From IMG/VR virus record IMGVR_UViG_3300021430_000864, positions 8,776-72,775 of that record: a DNA stretch of 64,000 nucleotides. One strand, 5' to 3'. A program made the position numbers and the translations under genes. The notes beneath the pieces were generated by a model. That model was not told where the DNA came from. It did no database searches and saw only the letters and a program-made list of their open reading frames with translations. Origin of the DNA: a virus (taxonomy: Duplodnaviria; Caudoviricetes). Below are positions 1 to 9,556 of the stretch, piece by piece (within the stretch, counting starts at the first letter, position 1; the number at the start of each line of letters is the position of its first letter).

Positions 1-2
1 CG

Positions 3-494
3 GTTGAGGGTATTTTCTTTTCGGGCTCATTTTGTTCCATTTTTTGGCTCAAAAAACGTGGTTTAATGCCAGGATTGACGTTCTCAAATGAGCTGATTTC
101 TCGTGATGAGGGAATGCACTGTGATTTTGCGTGTCATTTACACAATAACCATATCACTAAAAAATTGAGTGAAAAGAAGATTAAAGAAATTATCTGTGGA
201 GCACTTGAGATTGAGAAAGAATTTATCCTTGAATCATTACCTGTCAGATTAATTGGTATGAATTCGGATTTAATGTCTCAATACCTTGAGTTTGTTGCGG
301 ACAGATTGTTAGTTTCACTGAATTGTTCAAAAGTATATAACTCCGAAAATCCGTTTGATTTTATGCAAAACATCGCGTTACAAGGAAAAACAAATTTCTT
401 TGAAAAGAGAGTTGCTGAGTATCAAAAAGCGGGAGTAAGTAATAACACCTCTATTGAGGAATTAGGTACGTCATTTGATGACATTGATTTTTAA
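3..494 (+). CDS. nrdB: Class Ia ribonucleotide reductase beta (R2) subunit, 5'-truncated by the window edge
   Basis: The frame is open from base 3: [39 protein letters not shown]. These are the R2 di-iron motifs (EGxFF, DExxH), followed by the NFFEKRV tail. The ORF-track start at 66 is internal. Confidence 0.97.
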   Translation, partial: VEGIFFSGSFCSIFWLKKRGLMPGLTFSNELISRDEGMHCDFACHLHNNHITKKLSEKKIKEIICGALEIEKEFILESLPVRLIGMNSDLMSQYLEFVADRLLVSLNCSKVYNSENPFDFMQNIALQGKTNFFEKRVAEYQKAGVSNNTSIEELGTSFDDIDF

Positions 495-506
495 TATTTA
501 GAAAAG

Positions 507-2927
507 ATGAAAGTAAAAAAAAGAGATGGCTCATTGGAAGAAATGAGGTATGACAAAATCACGAGAAGAATACAAAATTTCTGTGATGATTTAAATATTG
601 AATATGTTGACCCAACATTAATAACATTAAAAGTAACCCAAGGTATCTATGATGGTATTTCAACCACCGAATTAGATGTATTGGCAGCAGAAACCGCAGC
701 ATCATTGGTTACAAGTCATTCTGATTATGCAAAGTTAGCAGGTAGATTAGCGGTTTCTAATTTACACAAAACAACACCTAAGAAGTTCTCACAAGCAATC
801 AAAGAACTTCATTCTTTTATTGAACCAAAGACAGGTAAAGAATCATCATTAATTTCTGATGAAGTTTATCAATTTGTTCACCAAAATAAAGAAGTTTTAG
901 ATGGTGCTATTGTACAAGAAAGAGACTTTGATTTTGATTATTTTGGATTCAAAACACTTGAACGTTCTTATCTATTAAGAATAGGTAAACGAATTATTGA
1001 AAGACCTCAATATATGTACATGAGAGTTGCTGTTGGTATATGTAATGGTGACTTGGACATGGCTTTAAGAATTTATGATGATTTGTCATCACATTTTTAT
1101 ACACATGCAACACCAACATTATTCAATGCCGGTACACGTAGACCACAAATGTCATCTTGTTTCTTAATCGGAAATAAAGGTGATGATATTGATGGTTTAT
1201 TCGACACTATTAAGGATGTTGCTAAGATTTCAAAATGGGCTGGTGGTATTGGATTACACGTTCATGATGTAAGGTCAAAAGGTTCATACATTAAAGGAAC
1301 AGGAGGTGAATCTGACGGTTTACTACCAATGATGAAGACATATAATGAGGTTGCTCGTTGGATTAATCAAGGTGGTAAAAGAAAAGGGTCATTTGCGGTA
1401 TATCTTGAACCGTGGCACTCAGATGTTTTTGAATTCATTGATTTGAGAAAAAATCACGGTAAAGAGGAATTAAGGGCGAGAGATTTATTCTTAGCAATGT
1501 GGGTTCCGGATTTATTCATGGAAAGAGTTGAAAAAGATTTGGAATGGTCACTATTTTCTCCTGATGAAGCGCCGGGTCTTTCCGATGTGTACGACACACC
1601 TGAAGAAAAGAACTTTACCAAACTTTACGAACAATACGAACAAGAAGGTAGGGCACGTAAAGTTGTGAAAGCAAGAAAATTAATGGATGCGATTTTAACA
1701 TCACAAATCGAAACGGGTACTCCTTACATGTTATATAAGGATGCTGCAAACTATAAATCAAACCAAAAGAACTTAGGTACAATCAAATCATCAAACTTAT
1801 GTACTGAGATTATTGAATACTCAAGTCCCGAAGAACAAGCGGTTTGTAACTTAGCATCGATTGCATTACCAAAATACATTATAAGTGAAGAATTTAATCA
1901 TGAATTGTTATATGAGTACACTTATCAAGTGGTTAAAAACTTAAATAATGTTATTGATTTAAATTTTTACCCAACACCTGAAACTGAACTTTCAAACTTT
2001 AAACACAGACCAATAGGTTTAGGTGTTCAAGGTTTGGCCGACATTTTCTGTATGTTAAAGTTACCATTTGAAAGTGACAATGCGGATAAATTACAAACTG
2101 AGATTTTTGAAACGATTTATTTTGCAGCATTAACATCATCAAAGGATTTGGCAAAAGAACACGGTTCATATTCAACATTTGATGGTTCACCATTATCAAA
2201 AGGTATTTTCCAATATGAATTATGGGGTAAAACCGACGAAGATACGAGTGGTAGATGGGATTGGAAAAACCTAAGACAAGAGATTTTAAAATACGGTGTA
2301 AGAAATTCATTATTAGTTGCACCTATGCCGACAGCATCTACCGCACAAATATTGGGTAATAACGAAGCGTTTGAACCATTTACCTCAAACCTTTACTCAA
2401 GAAGAACATTAGGTGGTGAATTTATTGTCATCAATAAACACTTAGTTAATGAATTACTTGAAAGAGGGTTGTGGTCAGATGAGTTAAGAAAAAAATTAAT
2501 CATGGAGAACGGTTCAGTTCAGAACATCCCTGAAATTCCTGTTGATGTGAAAGAAATTTACAAAACAGTTTGGGAAATGTCTCAGAAGAGAATCCTATCA
2601 ATGGCGGCAAATAGGTCTGTTTATATCGACCAATCACAATCGTTAAATTTATTTATTGATAATGCTAACAAAACAAAAGTTTTAGCAGCACATTTATACG
2701 GTTGGAAACTCGGTTTAAAAACAGGTATGTATTATCTAAGAACAAGAGCAGCGGTTGACCCATTGAAAGGTTTGGGTATCGATACAAGTACCACTAAACC
2801 GGTTGCTGAAGTACAAGAAACTAACATTCACGTTGTAAATAATAATAGTGAGGAAAAAATAATTGAAATGGTATTATCATCTAGACCAAGTGACTCACCA
2901 TTTGAATGTGAAGGGTGTGGTTCATAA
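507..2927 (+). CDS. nrdA: Class Ia ribonucleotide reductase alpha (R1) subunit with N-terminal ATP cone
   Basis: ATP cone (MKVKKRDG), SSCFL, SNLCTEI (thiyl Cys), VCNLAS, APMPTASTAQILG, TGMYY and C-terminal CEGCGS. No intein-sized insertion. Confidence 0.98.
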   Translation: MKVKKRDGSLEEMRYDKITRRIQNFCDDLNIEYVDPTLITLKVTQGIYDGISTTELDVLAAETAASLVTSHSDYAKLAGRLAVSNLHKTTPKKFSQAIKELHSFIEPKTGKESSLISDEVYQFVHQNKEVLDGAIVQERDFDFDYFGFKTLERSYLLRIGKRIIERPQYMYMRVAVGICNGDLDMALRIYDDLSSHFYTHATPTLFNAGTRRPQMSSCFLIGNKGDDIDGLFDTIKDVAKISKWAGGIGLHVHDVRSKGSYIKGTGGESDGLLPMMKTYNEVARWINQGGKRKGSFAVYLEPWHSDVFEFIDLRKNHGKEELRARDLFLAMWVPDLFMERVEKDLEWSLFSPDEAPGLSDVYDTPEEKNFTKLYEQYEQEGRARKVVKARKLMDAILTSQIETGTPYMLYKDAANYKSNQKNLGTIKSSNLCTEIIEYSSPEEQAVCNLASIALPKYIISEEFNHELLYEYTYQVVKNLNNVIDLNFYPTPETELSNFKHRPIGLGVQGLADIFCMLKLPFESDNADKLQTEIFETIYFAALTSSKDLAKEHGSYSTFDGSPLSKGIFQYELWGKTDEDTSGRWDWKNLRQEILKYGVRNSLLVAPMPTASTAQILGNNEAFEPFTSNLYSRRTLGGEFIVINKHLVNELLERGLWSDELRKKLIMENGSVQNIPEIPVDVKEIYKTVWEMSQKRILSMAANRSVYIDQSQSLNLFIDNANKTKVLAAHLYGWKLGLKTGMYYLRTRAAVDPLKGLGIDTSTTKPVAEVQETNIHVVNNNSEEKIIEMVLSSRPSDSPFECEGCGS

Positions 2928-2937
2928 AAAATAGGTG

Positions 2938-3007
2938 ACTCCCTTAATGGTTCGCGGCCGACCGCAAGCATCTATTATTTGATTATACAGGGGGTGAAAA
3001 TCAAATA
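2938..3007 (+). ncRNA. Candidate structured RNA element (hairpin inside a possible pseudoknot)
   Basis: GC-rich intergenic island. Pairings are ACTCCCT 2938-2944/AGGGGGT 2989-2995, TAATGG/CTATTA, GCGG-ccga-CCGC, and a crossing TATTTGATT 2976-2984/AATCAAATA 2999-3007. Confidence 0.3.
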
Positions 3008-3012
3008 CTAAT

Positions 3013-3041
3013 AGTCCCGACCTAATAAGTCGGGATTTTTT
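3013..3041 (+). terminator. Rho-independent terminator after nrdA
   Basis: TCCCGAC-ctaataa-GTCGGGA stem followed by TTTTTT. Confidence 0.85.
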
Positions 3042-3067
3042 ATTTATTAGTATTTATTGTTTCATTA

Positions 3068-3075
3068 TATTTATA
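3068..3075 (+). promoter_or_regulatory. TATTTATA motif (putative late promoter element)
   Basis: Exact motif 3 nt before the gp25-like ATG. It recurs before many virion genes. Confidence 0.6.
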
Positions 3076-3078
3076 AGT

Positions 3079-3531
3079 ATGGCAGTAACATATGGTATAG
3101 ATTTCCCGTTTAGAGTTAGTCAAAAAGGTGATTTTTTGGTTATGACCGAAACACCCGAAAGAGAGATTAGGGCTAACTTAATTCACCTTCTTTTAACAAG
3201 AAAAGGTTCAAGATATTATCTACCTGATTTTGGTACTAGATTGTATGAGTTCATTTTTGAACCAAATGACGCAGTTACTTGGGGACAAATCGAAGATGAA
3301 ATAAGAACATCTGTTAGGACATATATACCAAATTTAGAAATAAAAAGTATTACCGTTACAAGTGCGGAAGATGACCCTGAAGAACCAACAAGTCCACAAG
3401 AAGATGAAGATTCAAGACTATTTAGGGTTTCCGATTATTCAACCAAACCATATACCGCGAAGGTTAGGATTGATTATGATATAAACAACGAACCGTTTGT
3501 TTCTTCAGATTTTATAATTATTAACATATAA
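3079..3531 (+). CDS. Baseplate wedge protein, T4 gp25/GPW-like
   Basis: GIDFPF...NLIHLLLTRKGSRYYLPDFGTRLYEFIFEP matches the gp25 family pattern. It lies directly before a gp6-like gene. Confidence 0.9.
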   Translation: MAVTYGIDFPFRVSQKGDFLVMTETPEREIRANLIHLLLTRKGSRYYLPDFGTRLYEFIFEPNDAVTWGQIEDEIRTSVRTYIPNLEIKSITVTSAEDDPEEPTSPQEDEDSRLFRVSDYSTKPYTAKVRIDYDINNEPFVSSDFIIINI

Positions 3532-3532
3532 C

Positions 3533-5365
3533 ATGGCTAAAAAAATATCATACGCAGTTAGGGATTTTGCAAGTTTAAGACAAGAACTTGTTAATTTAAC
3601 AAGAGAGTATTATCCCGATTTAATTAAAAACACCAACGATGCCTCGATTTATTCGGTATTATTGGATTTAAACGCTGCAGTGGCGGATAATTTACATTTC
3701 CACATTGATAGAGTTTGGCAGGAGACGATGTTGGATTTTGCACAACAAAGACAGTCTCTTTATCATATCGCAAAAACATACGGTTTTAAAATACCGGGTA
3801 ATAGACCTTCAGTTGCATTATGTGATTTTACAATTCAGGTACCGGTAAGAGGTGATAAAGAAGATGAACGTTACTTAGGTACAATCAAATCGGGTGCTCA
3901 AGTATCGGGTGGAGGTCAAGTTTTTGAAACTATTGAGGATATTGACTTCTCAAACCCATTCAACAGTAGAGGTGAACCAAACAGATTAAAGATACCAAAT
4001 TTTGACGGTAATAACAGGTTGATTTCATATTCTATTGTAAAAAGGGAAGCAATTGTTAATGGTGTCACAAGAATCTATAGAAGAGTAATTACAGAAACCG
4101 ACCAAAAACCTTTTTTAAAATTATACCTACCCGAACAAAACGTTTTGGGTGTTACGTCAATAATTCACAAGGAAGGAACTAGTTTTGCTGCTAACCCATC
4201 AAATTCAGAGTTTTTAAATTCACCAAATAAATGGTATGAAGTAAAAACATTAATACAAGACAAAGTATTCATTCCTGACCCAACAACCGCATCTGATTCT
4301 GAAAATTTCATTGCGGGAAATTATCTTTCAGTTTCAAATAAATTTGTTACCGAATATACACCCGAGAATTACTTCTCAATAACTTTTGGTTCAGGTAATG
4401 TAAATCCATTAGACAATTTGGATAATTTCAATACCGGTAATTTAAGAGTTAGTTTAGGTACGTATTTAAATAATTTATCATTAGGTGCGTTACCTAAATC
4501 AAATACCACCATTTTCGTAAAATATAGAGTTGGTGGTGGTAGGGATAGTAATTTAGGTATTAACGTAATAACAAGTGTAGACGATGTTGATTTTGTAATT
4601 ACAGGTCCCAATGCATCAACTAACGTACAGGTTCAAAATTCATTAACCGTAACCAATGTAACACCAGCTGTTGGTGGTTCTGACCAACCAACAATTGAAG
4701 AGGTTAGAAATATGATAGCATATAACTTCGCAGCACAAAATAGGGCAGTTACGTTAAATGATTACAAGTCATTAATTGAAACGATGCCATCAACATACGG
4801 AGCTCCGGCTAAAGTCAATGTCATGGAAGAAGACAATAAGATAAAAATTAAATTATTGTCATATGATGAAAATGGTAATCTAATTGATACAGTATCAAAT
4901 ACATTAAAGAATAACATTATTACATATCTGTCAGAGTACAGAATGGTTAATGATTTCTTAGAGATTGAAAGCGGCGAGGTTATTGATTTAACACTAGAAA
5001 TGGATGTTGTAATTGATAAGAACGGCAACCAAACTGATATAATTAGAACGATTATTGAAAATACCGTAGATTACTTCTCTATTGAAAAAAGAAAAATGGG
5101 TGACCCTCTTTTTGTTGGTGACCTATATAGAATAATCGGTGATGTTAATGGTGTGGTAAACGCTGTTGATGTTAGAGTTTTCAACAATATTGGTGGTGAA
5201 TATTCTTCAGCTGAAGTTGCTCAATCGTATGTAAATGATTCAACTAAAGAAATATCACAATCAGATATGACCATTTACATGAAATCCAATCAAATATATC
5301 AAATAAGATTTCCTGAAAAAGATATTAAAGTTAGGGTTAAAACTTTAGGAACAACTACATTCTAA
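3533..5365 (+). CDS. Baseplate wedge subunit, T4 gp6/baseplate-J-like
   Basis: N-terminal RDFASLRQELV, LDFAQQRQSLYHIAKTYG, KYRVGGG, GGSDQPTIEEVR, AQNRAVTLNDY. Confidence 0.9.
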   Translation: MAKKISYAVRDFASLRQELVNLTREYYPDLIKNTNDASIYSVLLDLNAAVADNLHFHIDRVWQETMLDFAQQRQSLYHIAKTYGFKIPGNRPSVALCDFTIQVPVRGDKEDERYLGTIKSGAQVSGGGQVFETIEDIDFSNPFNSRGEPNRLKIPNFDGNNRLISYSIVKREAIVNGVTRIYRRVITETDQKPFLKLYLPEQNVLGVTSIIHKEGTSFAANPSNSEFLNSPNKWYEVKTLIQDKVFIPDPTTASDSENFIAGNYLSVSNKFVTEYTPENYFSITFGSGNVNPLDNLDNFNTGNLRVSLGTYLNNLSLGALPKSNTTIFVKYRVGGGRDSNLGINVITSVDDVDFVITGPNASTNVQVQNSLTVTNVTPAVGGSDQPTIEEVRNMIAYNFAAQNRAVTLNDYKSLIETMPSTYGAPAKVNVMEEDNKIKIKLLSYDENGNLIDTVSNTLKNNIITYLSEYRMVNDFLEIESGEVIDLTLEMDVVIDKNGNQTDIIRTIIENTVDYFSIEKRKMGDPLFVGDLYRIIGDVNGVVNAVDVRVFNNIGGEYSSAEVAQSYVNDSTKEISQSDMTIYMKSNQIYQIRFPEKDIKVRVKTLGTTTF

Positions 5366-5404
5366 TTTTATTTTTATTTATTATTCTGGAAATCTATAAT
5401 TTTC

Positions 5405-5412
5405 TATTTATA
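5405..5412 (+). promoter_or_regulatory. TATTTATA motif (putative late promoter element)
   Basis: Exact motif 7 nt before the ATG at 5420. Confidence 0.6.
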
Positions 5413-5419
5413 TAGAACG

Positions 5420-8400
5420 ATGCAGAAACATAGAATTTCCACAAATATTGGTTTAGACCAAAAAGTCGTTGTTGAGTTAAAAAATGATTTCGACCTTTTG
5501 GAGATATTGTCTTTAAAGTTTACACAAACTGAGGCATATTCTTCAATGTGTGCCGATTATGGTGTTGTTTGCGGTAGAATTTTTGTTAATAGTGGTTTTG
5601 GAATACCTAACGCTAGAGTATCCATTTTCATACCAATAACAGAAGAAGACTCAAATGACCCGGTTATTTCTTCACTATACCCATTTACAAGTGTTGATGA
5701 TAGAAATGAAGAAGGATATAGGTACAATTTATTACCCTCAAGAAAACAACACGGTGGTCACGAACCCACCGGTACATTTCCCGACCAAAAAGATGTCTTA
5801 ACAAGAGAAGAAGTCTTAGAGGTCTATGAAAAATATTATAAGTACACTGTAAAAACTAACGAAGCTGGTGACTTTATGATTTGGGGTGTACCTGTTGGTA
5901 CACAAACTATCCATGTTGATGTTGATTTATCAGACATCGGATGTTTTTCTCTTAGACCTGATGATTTTATCAGACAAGGTTTGGGTGTTGATAAATTCAA
6001 AAATACATACTCATTTAATTCATCTACTGATTTAGATAGTTTACCTCAAATAGTTTCATTTAATCAAACAATCGAGGTTTATCCTTTTTGGGGTAATGAA
6101 GACCTATGTGAAATAGGAATCACAAGAACGGATTTTGATTTATCAAGTAGAGGTGTAAAAGTACAACCGAAGGCATATCTATTAGGTTCAATATATTCAG
6201 ACCAAGGTAAAAACACAGTCAATAAGAACTGTAGACCTCGTTCTGCTATGGGTAGAAAATGTGACCTTACCACATTTGCTGCCGATGTTGAAATATTAAG
6301 ATTTACAAGTAAAAAAGATTCTGATGGGAGACCAATTCTAGAAAGATATGAATTCCAAGAGGATATTGATGAAGATGGTTCATTTGTCATCCCCTTACCA
6401 ATGAATATGGATTATGTTTTTACTAATGAATTTGGTGAAAATGAAATTACAAATGATTCAAATAAGGGTATACCAACATCAGCTTGTTACAGATTTAGAA
6501 TCTCAGGAAAAAATCAAACATTAGGAAGGGTTAGATATGTTGGTAGTTATTTAGTACCAAATATCAGAGAATATAGTAGTGATGTCGATGCATCATATGC
6601 ATTCTCATTAAATTGGGACGATTACCCAACACAAGCCACTACTAATTCTGTAATATTTAATCAAGTTTACGGAAGTTATTTCCCTGAAGATTATTTTTAT
6701 AGATTCACATATAATAAAGTTTATACATTATCATCATATATGGGTAGCCACTTTAAAGGTGGTAAAGACAATTATGTGGGTATAAAAGACATATCCCCTA
6801 AAGAGGAAGAAGATTGTGAATCAACAGTACTCACCCCACCCATAAATTACGGTTGGAGAAGATTCAGTTTTGGTATTTTACTTGCAATCATTATAAATGC
6901 ATTCGAAAGAGTAATTTATAGTGCGTTTGTTGGTGCGGTACAAGTAATAATTTTCCCATTTCAAAAACTATGGGAATTTAGAATTTATATACCAGCTTTT
7001 GGGGTAACACTTATAAATTGGAGACCATTTTATTTTTTTGATTCAATAATTGAAGGTTTACAATCGTTAGGTTCAGTGCATTTAAGTACAGTTGTTTATC
7101 CTGAATGTGAATCATGTGATGAAATAACAGTTCAAAATGAAAATACGACAGTTACTGATGACCCGGAGTTATTGTATAATAAAGTTGGTGAGGGTCGAGC
7201 GATTAGAGATACAATAACATTAGAAGTGAGTTGTGAAACTTATAATTTTGCAACACCACCAGCATCAGGAACAACGGTTTATCGATATAGAGATTGTACA
7301 ACCAATTCTTTAAATACATTAACAATACCTTGGAGCGGTACACCCGTTAGTGGTGTTTGTGTAAGAAGTGGAACATTATCATTAAGTGGTGGAACAAATA
7401 CCGCAACGAATGTTGGTACTTGTAACACTACAATAACAGAAACATATGTTTGTAATCCCGATTCTGCTGGTAGGGAATATATTTTAAGTGAAAACCCGTC
7501 ATCGGGTTATACTTTTTATAACTACACAGGATTTACAGGACAAACACTAACCACAGGACAAACACTAACCGAAATTTACAATAATATATTGGCTTACTCA
7601 TATAGTGGAAGAACATATCATATAAAATTAAAATCATATTTACCACATGGAGATGCCACACCATCTGATGTTTTATTATTAAGTGGTTTGACAACTGGTT
7701 TAACTTCAAACGTATTAATGAAAACATATTCATGTAATGCGGGAGCAACTACAGGATATTATGGTGATGATAATACAAATACAAATGGATGGTTAAGATG
7801 GGACGACCCACTAATACCAAAAGATTTTGTTTGGACAGGTTTTACATATGAAATATACGATTCTGATTATCCATTAACCGGCTCATCAATAGGTGGGTTT
7901 AATTCTACATCATTACCTGAAGGTTGTTTATCACAAAATACCATATACGATGATAGTGGTATTGTTAAAATGACATATTGTGCAACGGGAGTTACCGCAA
8001 ATTATGATAATCCCGCAGAAGTTATCGGTGTAATGGGTCCTAGTTGCACATCCTCAAGTTTAATATCTGTGGGTCAAGCCGCTTGGATTGAAAATATTAA
8101 TCCATGCACAAGAAAATGTGACACAAGGAGCGGATTTTCTGAATTTAGATTTGGTGTTTATACTGTGATACCTGCAGCATCTACAAAAAATTGGGATGTT
8201 CAGTTTAAACTAATAAAAGAATATGCTAGAAGAAAATTAGTAAATAAACTTTTCTGTGAAGGGGTTGCTAATTATTCATTTATCGACAATTGGTTGGGTG
8301 GTTCTTTATATATGTTCCCATTCAAAGCAAAAGTTAGATGGAATAATGAAGAAGAATTAGATTTAAACGAAAGAGGAACTGCATATTGTAATAATTTAGT

Positions 8401-9556
8401 TTACTATAAAATAAAAGAAAAAACATCAGAAACTGCGGTTAAAAGGTTTTATTATAGGTCAACGAAATTTAATGGTTCTAATTTTGAAAAAGTTACAATT
8501 GGTGATAGTACCAACGTATTAAGACATCCAACAACAATTATGGATTTAGGACCGAGAGATGAGTTCATCAAAGAAATTTGTGTTGACCCATCATTAGACC
8601 CTAACTGTTCAGTTGTTAGAAATATTGGACAAACATCGTTCCAAAGTTTTAAAGAAATGTTAGGTCTATATATAAATTATAGATTAGATACTGACAATAG
8701 TTATACATATAAAAAGTTTTTCCAAAACACTGGTTTTAACACTCCGGGGGATGTTTTAAATGGTGACCTATTACAACTAATTTCAATTAATAGTGAAGTT
8801 GGTATTGAAGAATTTGATTTACAAAATAGATATTACGGTCAATACAACCCAACAATACTTGACCCCGATGAATATACCGAATTATTTAAATCACAAAACG
8901 GTACACCAAATGGACCGATGCCAATTAATTTTGTTTTGGATGATGAAGGATATAGAGTTAGAGTTTGTTTAAATGAACCGGGTAGATTAACCGAATCGTC
9001 TCAATTAGTACCATTCTTTTATTGGGACAAAAAGGGGCCGGGTTTTGGTGAAGGGTATGAACAATCATGGGATTATGCAACTGTCGTTTCTCAGAGATTA
9101 CAAGGTATGACCTATAATTATGCATTTACCGGCGATTCAAGTTACAATTACGTACTGTTCCCTATGACAAAAGACTATTCAGGTAACACATTTACAATTG
9201 GTGGTGTCGATGTTAATGACGGTTCATTTGATGTAGAAGACACAACTGATGTTCATTTGAATTATGATAATCAAGAAGAAGGGTTTACTGTTCTACACAT
9301 CACATCTGGAGATACTGAAACCCCATTAGGTGGAACATTATGGATTAGAGTTGGTGATGCAGGAAATTGGGATTCACAGAGTTGGAATTCTGACATTGAT
9401 TTTATTTTAAAACCAACAGAAACCAACTATACAGGTGATAAACAAATATTATCCACACCATTCTTATTTTATTTTGGATTGAGACCGGGTAACACTGCGG
9501 TTGATAAATTTATAAAATTATTTGGACCGAAAGGTGCTTTCACTTCTGCTGAGTAA
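5420..9556 (+). CDS. Large baseplate-associated virion protein (1378 aa) with an N-terminal beta-sandwich (carboxypeptidase-regulatory-like) region and an internal hydrophobic segment
   Basis: GVVCGRIFVNSGFGIPNARVSIF and TNEAGDFMIWGVPVGTQTIHVDVD. Position in the baseplate operon. Thr/Gly/Ser-rich middle with paired Cys. Confidence 0.6.
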   Translation: MQKHRISTNIGLDQKVVVELKNDFDLLEILSLKFTQTEAYSSMCADYGVVCGRIFVNSGFGIPNARVSIFIPITEEDSNDPVISSLYPFTSVDDRNEEGYRYNLLPSRKQHGGHEPTGTFPDQKDVLTREEVLEVYEKYYKYTVKTNEAGDFMIWGVPVGTQTIHVDVDLSDIGCFSLRPDDFIRQGLGVDKFKNTYSFNSSTDLDSLPQIVSFNQTIEVYPFWGNEDLCEIGITRTDFDLSSRGVKVQPKAYLLGSIYSDQGKNTVNKNCRPRSAMGRKCDLTTFAADVEILRFTSKKDSDGRPILERYEFQEDIDEDGSFVIPLPMNMDYVFTNEFGENEITNDSNKGIPTSACYRFRISGKNQTLGRVRYVGSYLVPNIREYSSDVDASYAFSLNWDDYPTQATTNSVIFNQVYGSYFPEDYFYRFTYNKVYTLSSYMGSHFKGGKDNYVGIKDISPKEEEDCESTVLTPPINYGWRRFSFGILLAIIINAFERVIYSAFVGAVQVIIFPFQKLWEFRIYIPAFGVTLINWRPFYFFDSIIEGLQSLGSVHLSTVVYPECESCDEITVQNENTTVTDDPELLYNKVGEGRAIRDTITLEVSCETYNFATPPASGTTVYRYRDCTTNSLNTLTIPWSGTPVSGVCVRSGTLSLSGGTNTATNVGTCNTTITETYVCNPDSAGREYILSENPSSGYTFYNYTGFTGQTLTTGQTLTEIYNNILAYSYSGRTYHIKLKSYLPHGDATPSDVLLLSGLTTGLTSNVLMKTYSCNAGATTGYYGDDNTNTNGWLRWDDPLIPKDFVWTGFTYEIYDSDYPLTGSSIGGFNSTSLPEGCLSQNTIYDDSGIVKMTYCATGVTANYDNPAEVIGVMGPSCTSSSLISVGQAAWIENINPCTRKCDTRSGFSEFRFGVYTVIPAASTKNWDVQFKLIKEYARRKLVNKLFCEGVANYSFIDNWLGGSLYMFPFKAKVRWNNEEELDLNERGTAYCNNLVYYKIKEKTSETAVKRFYYRSTKFNGSNFEKVTIGDSTNVLRHPTTIMDLGPRDEFIKEICVDPSLDPNCSVVRNIGQTSFQSFKEMLGLYINYRLDTDNSYTYKKFFQNTGFNTPGDVLNGDLLQLISINSEVGIEEFDLQNRYYGQYNPTILDPDEYTELFKSQNGTPNGPMPINFVLDDEGYRVRVCLNEPGRLTESSQLVPFFYWDKKGPGFGEGYEQSWDYATVVSQRLQGMTYNYAFTGDSSYNYVLFPMTKDYSGNTFTIGGVDVNDGSFDVEDTTDVHLNYDNQEEGFTVLHITSGDTETPLGGTLWIRVGDAGNWDSQSWNSDIDFILKPTETNYTGDKQILSTPFLFYFGLRPGNTAVDKFIKLFGPKGAFTSAE
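7535..7570 (+). repeat. Perfect in-frame 18-bp tandem duplication (TGQTLT x2)
   Basis: ACAGGACAAACACTAACC occurs twice in tandem. Confidence 0.9.

Noticed and set aside
507-2927. Intein or group I intron in nrdA
   Set aside because: 806 aa is normal for an ATP-cone NrdA. No splicing or homing-endonuclease motifs are visible.
2954-2965. Guanidine-II (mini-ykkC) riboswitch hairpin
   Set aside because: The loop is CCGA, not ACGR. There is only one hairpin, and it lies 3' of a gene.
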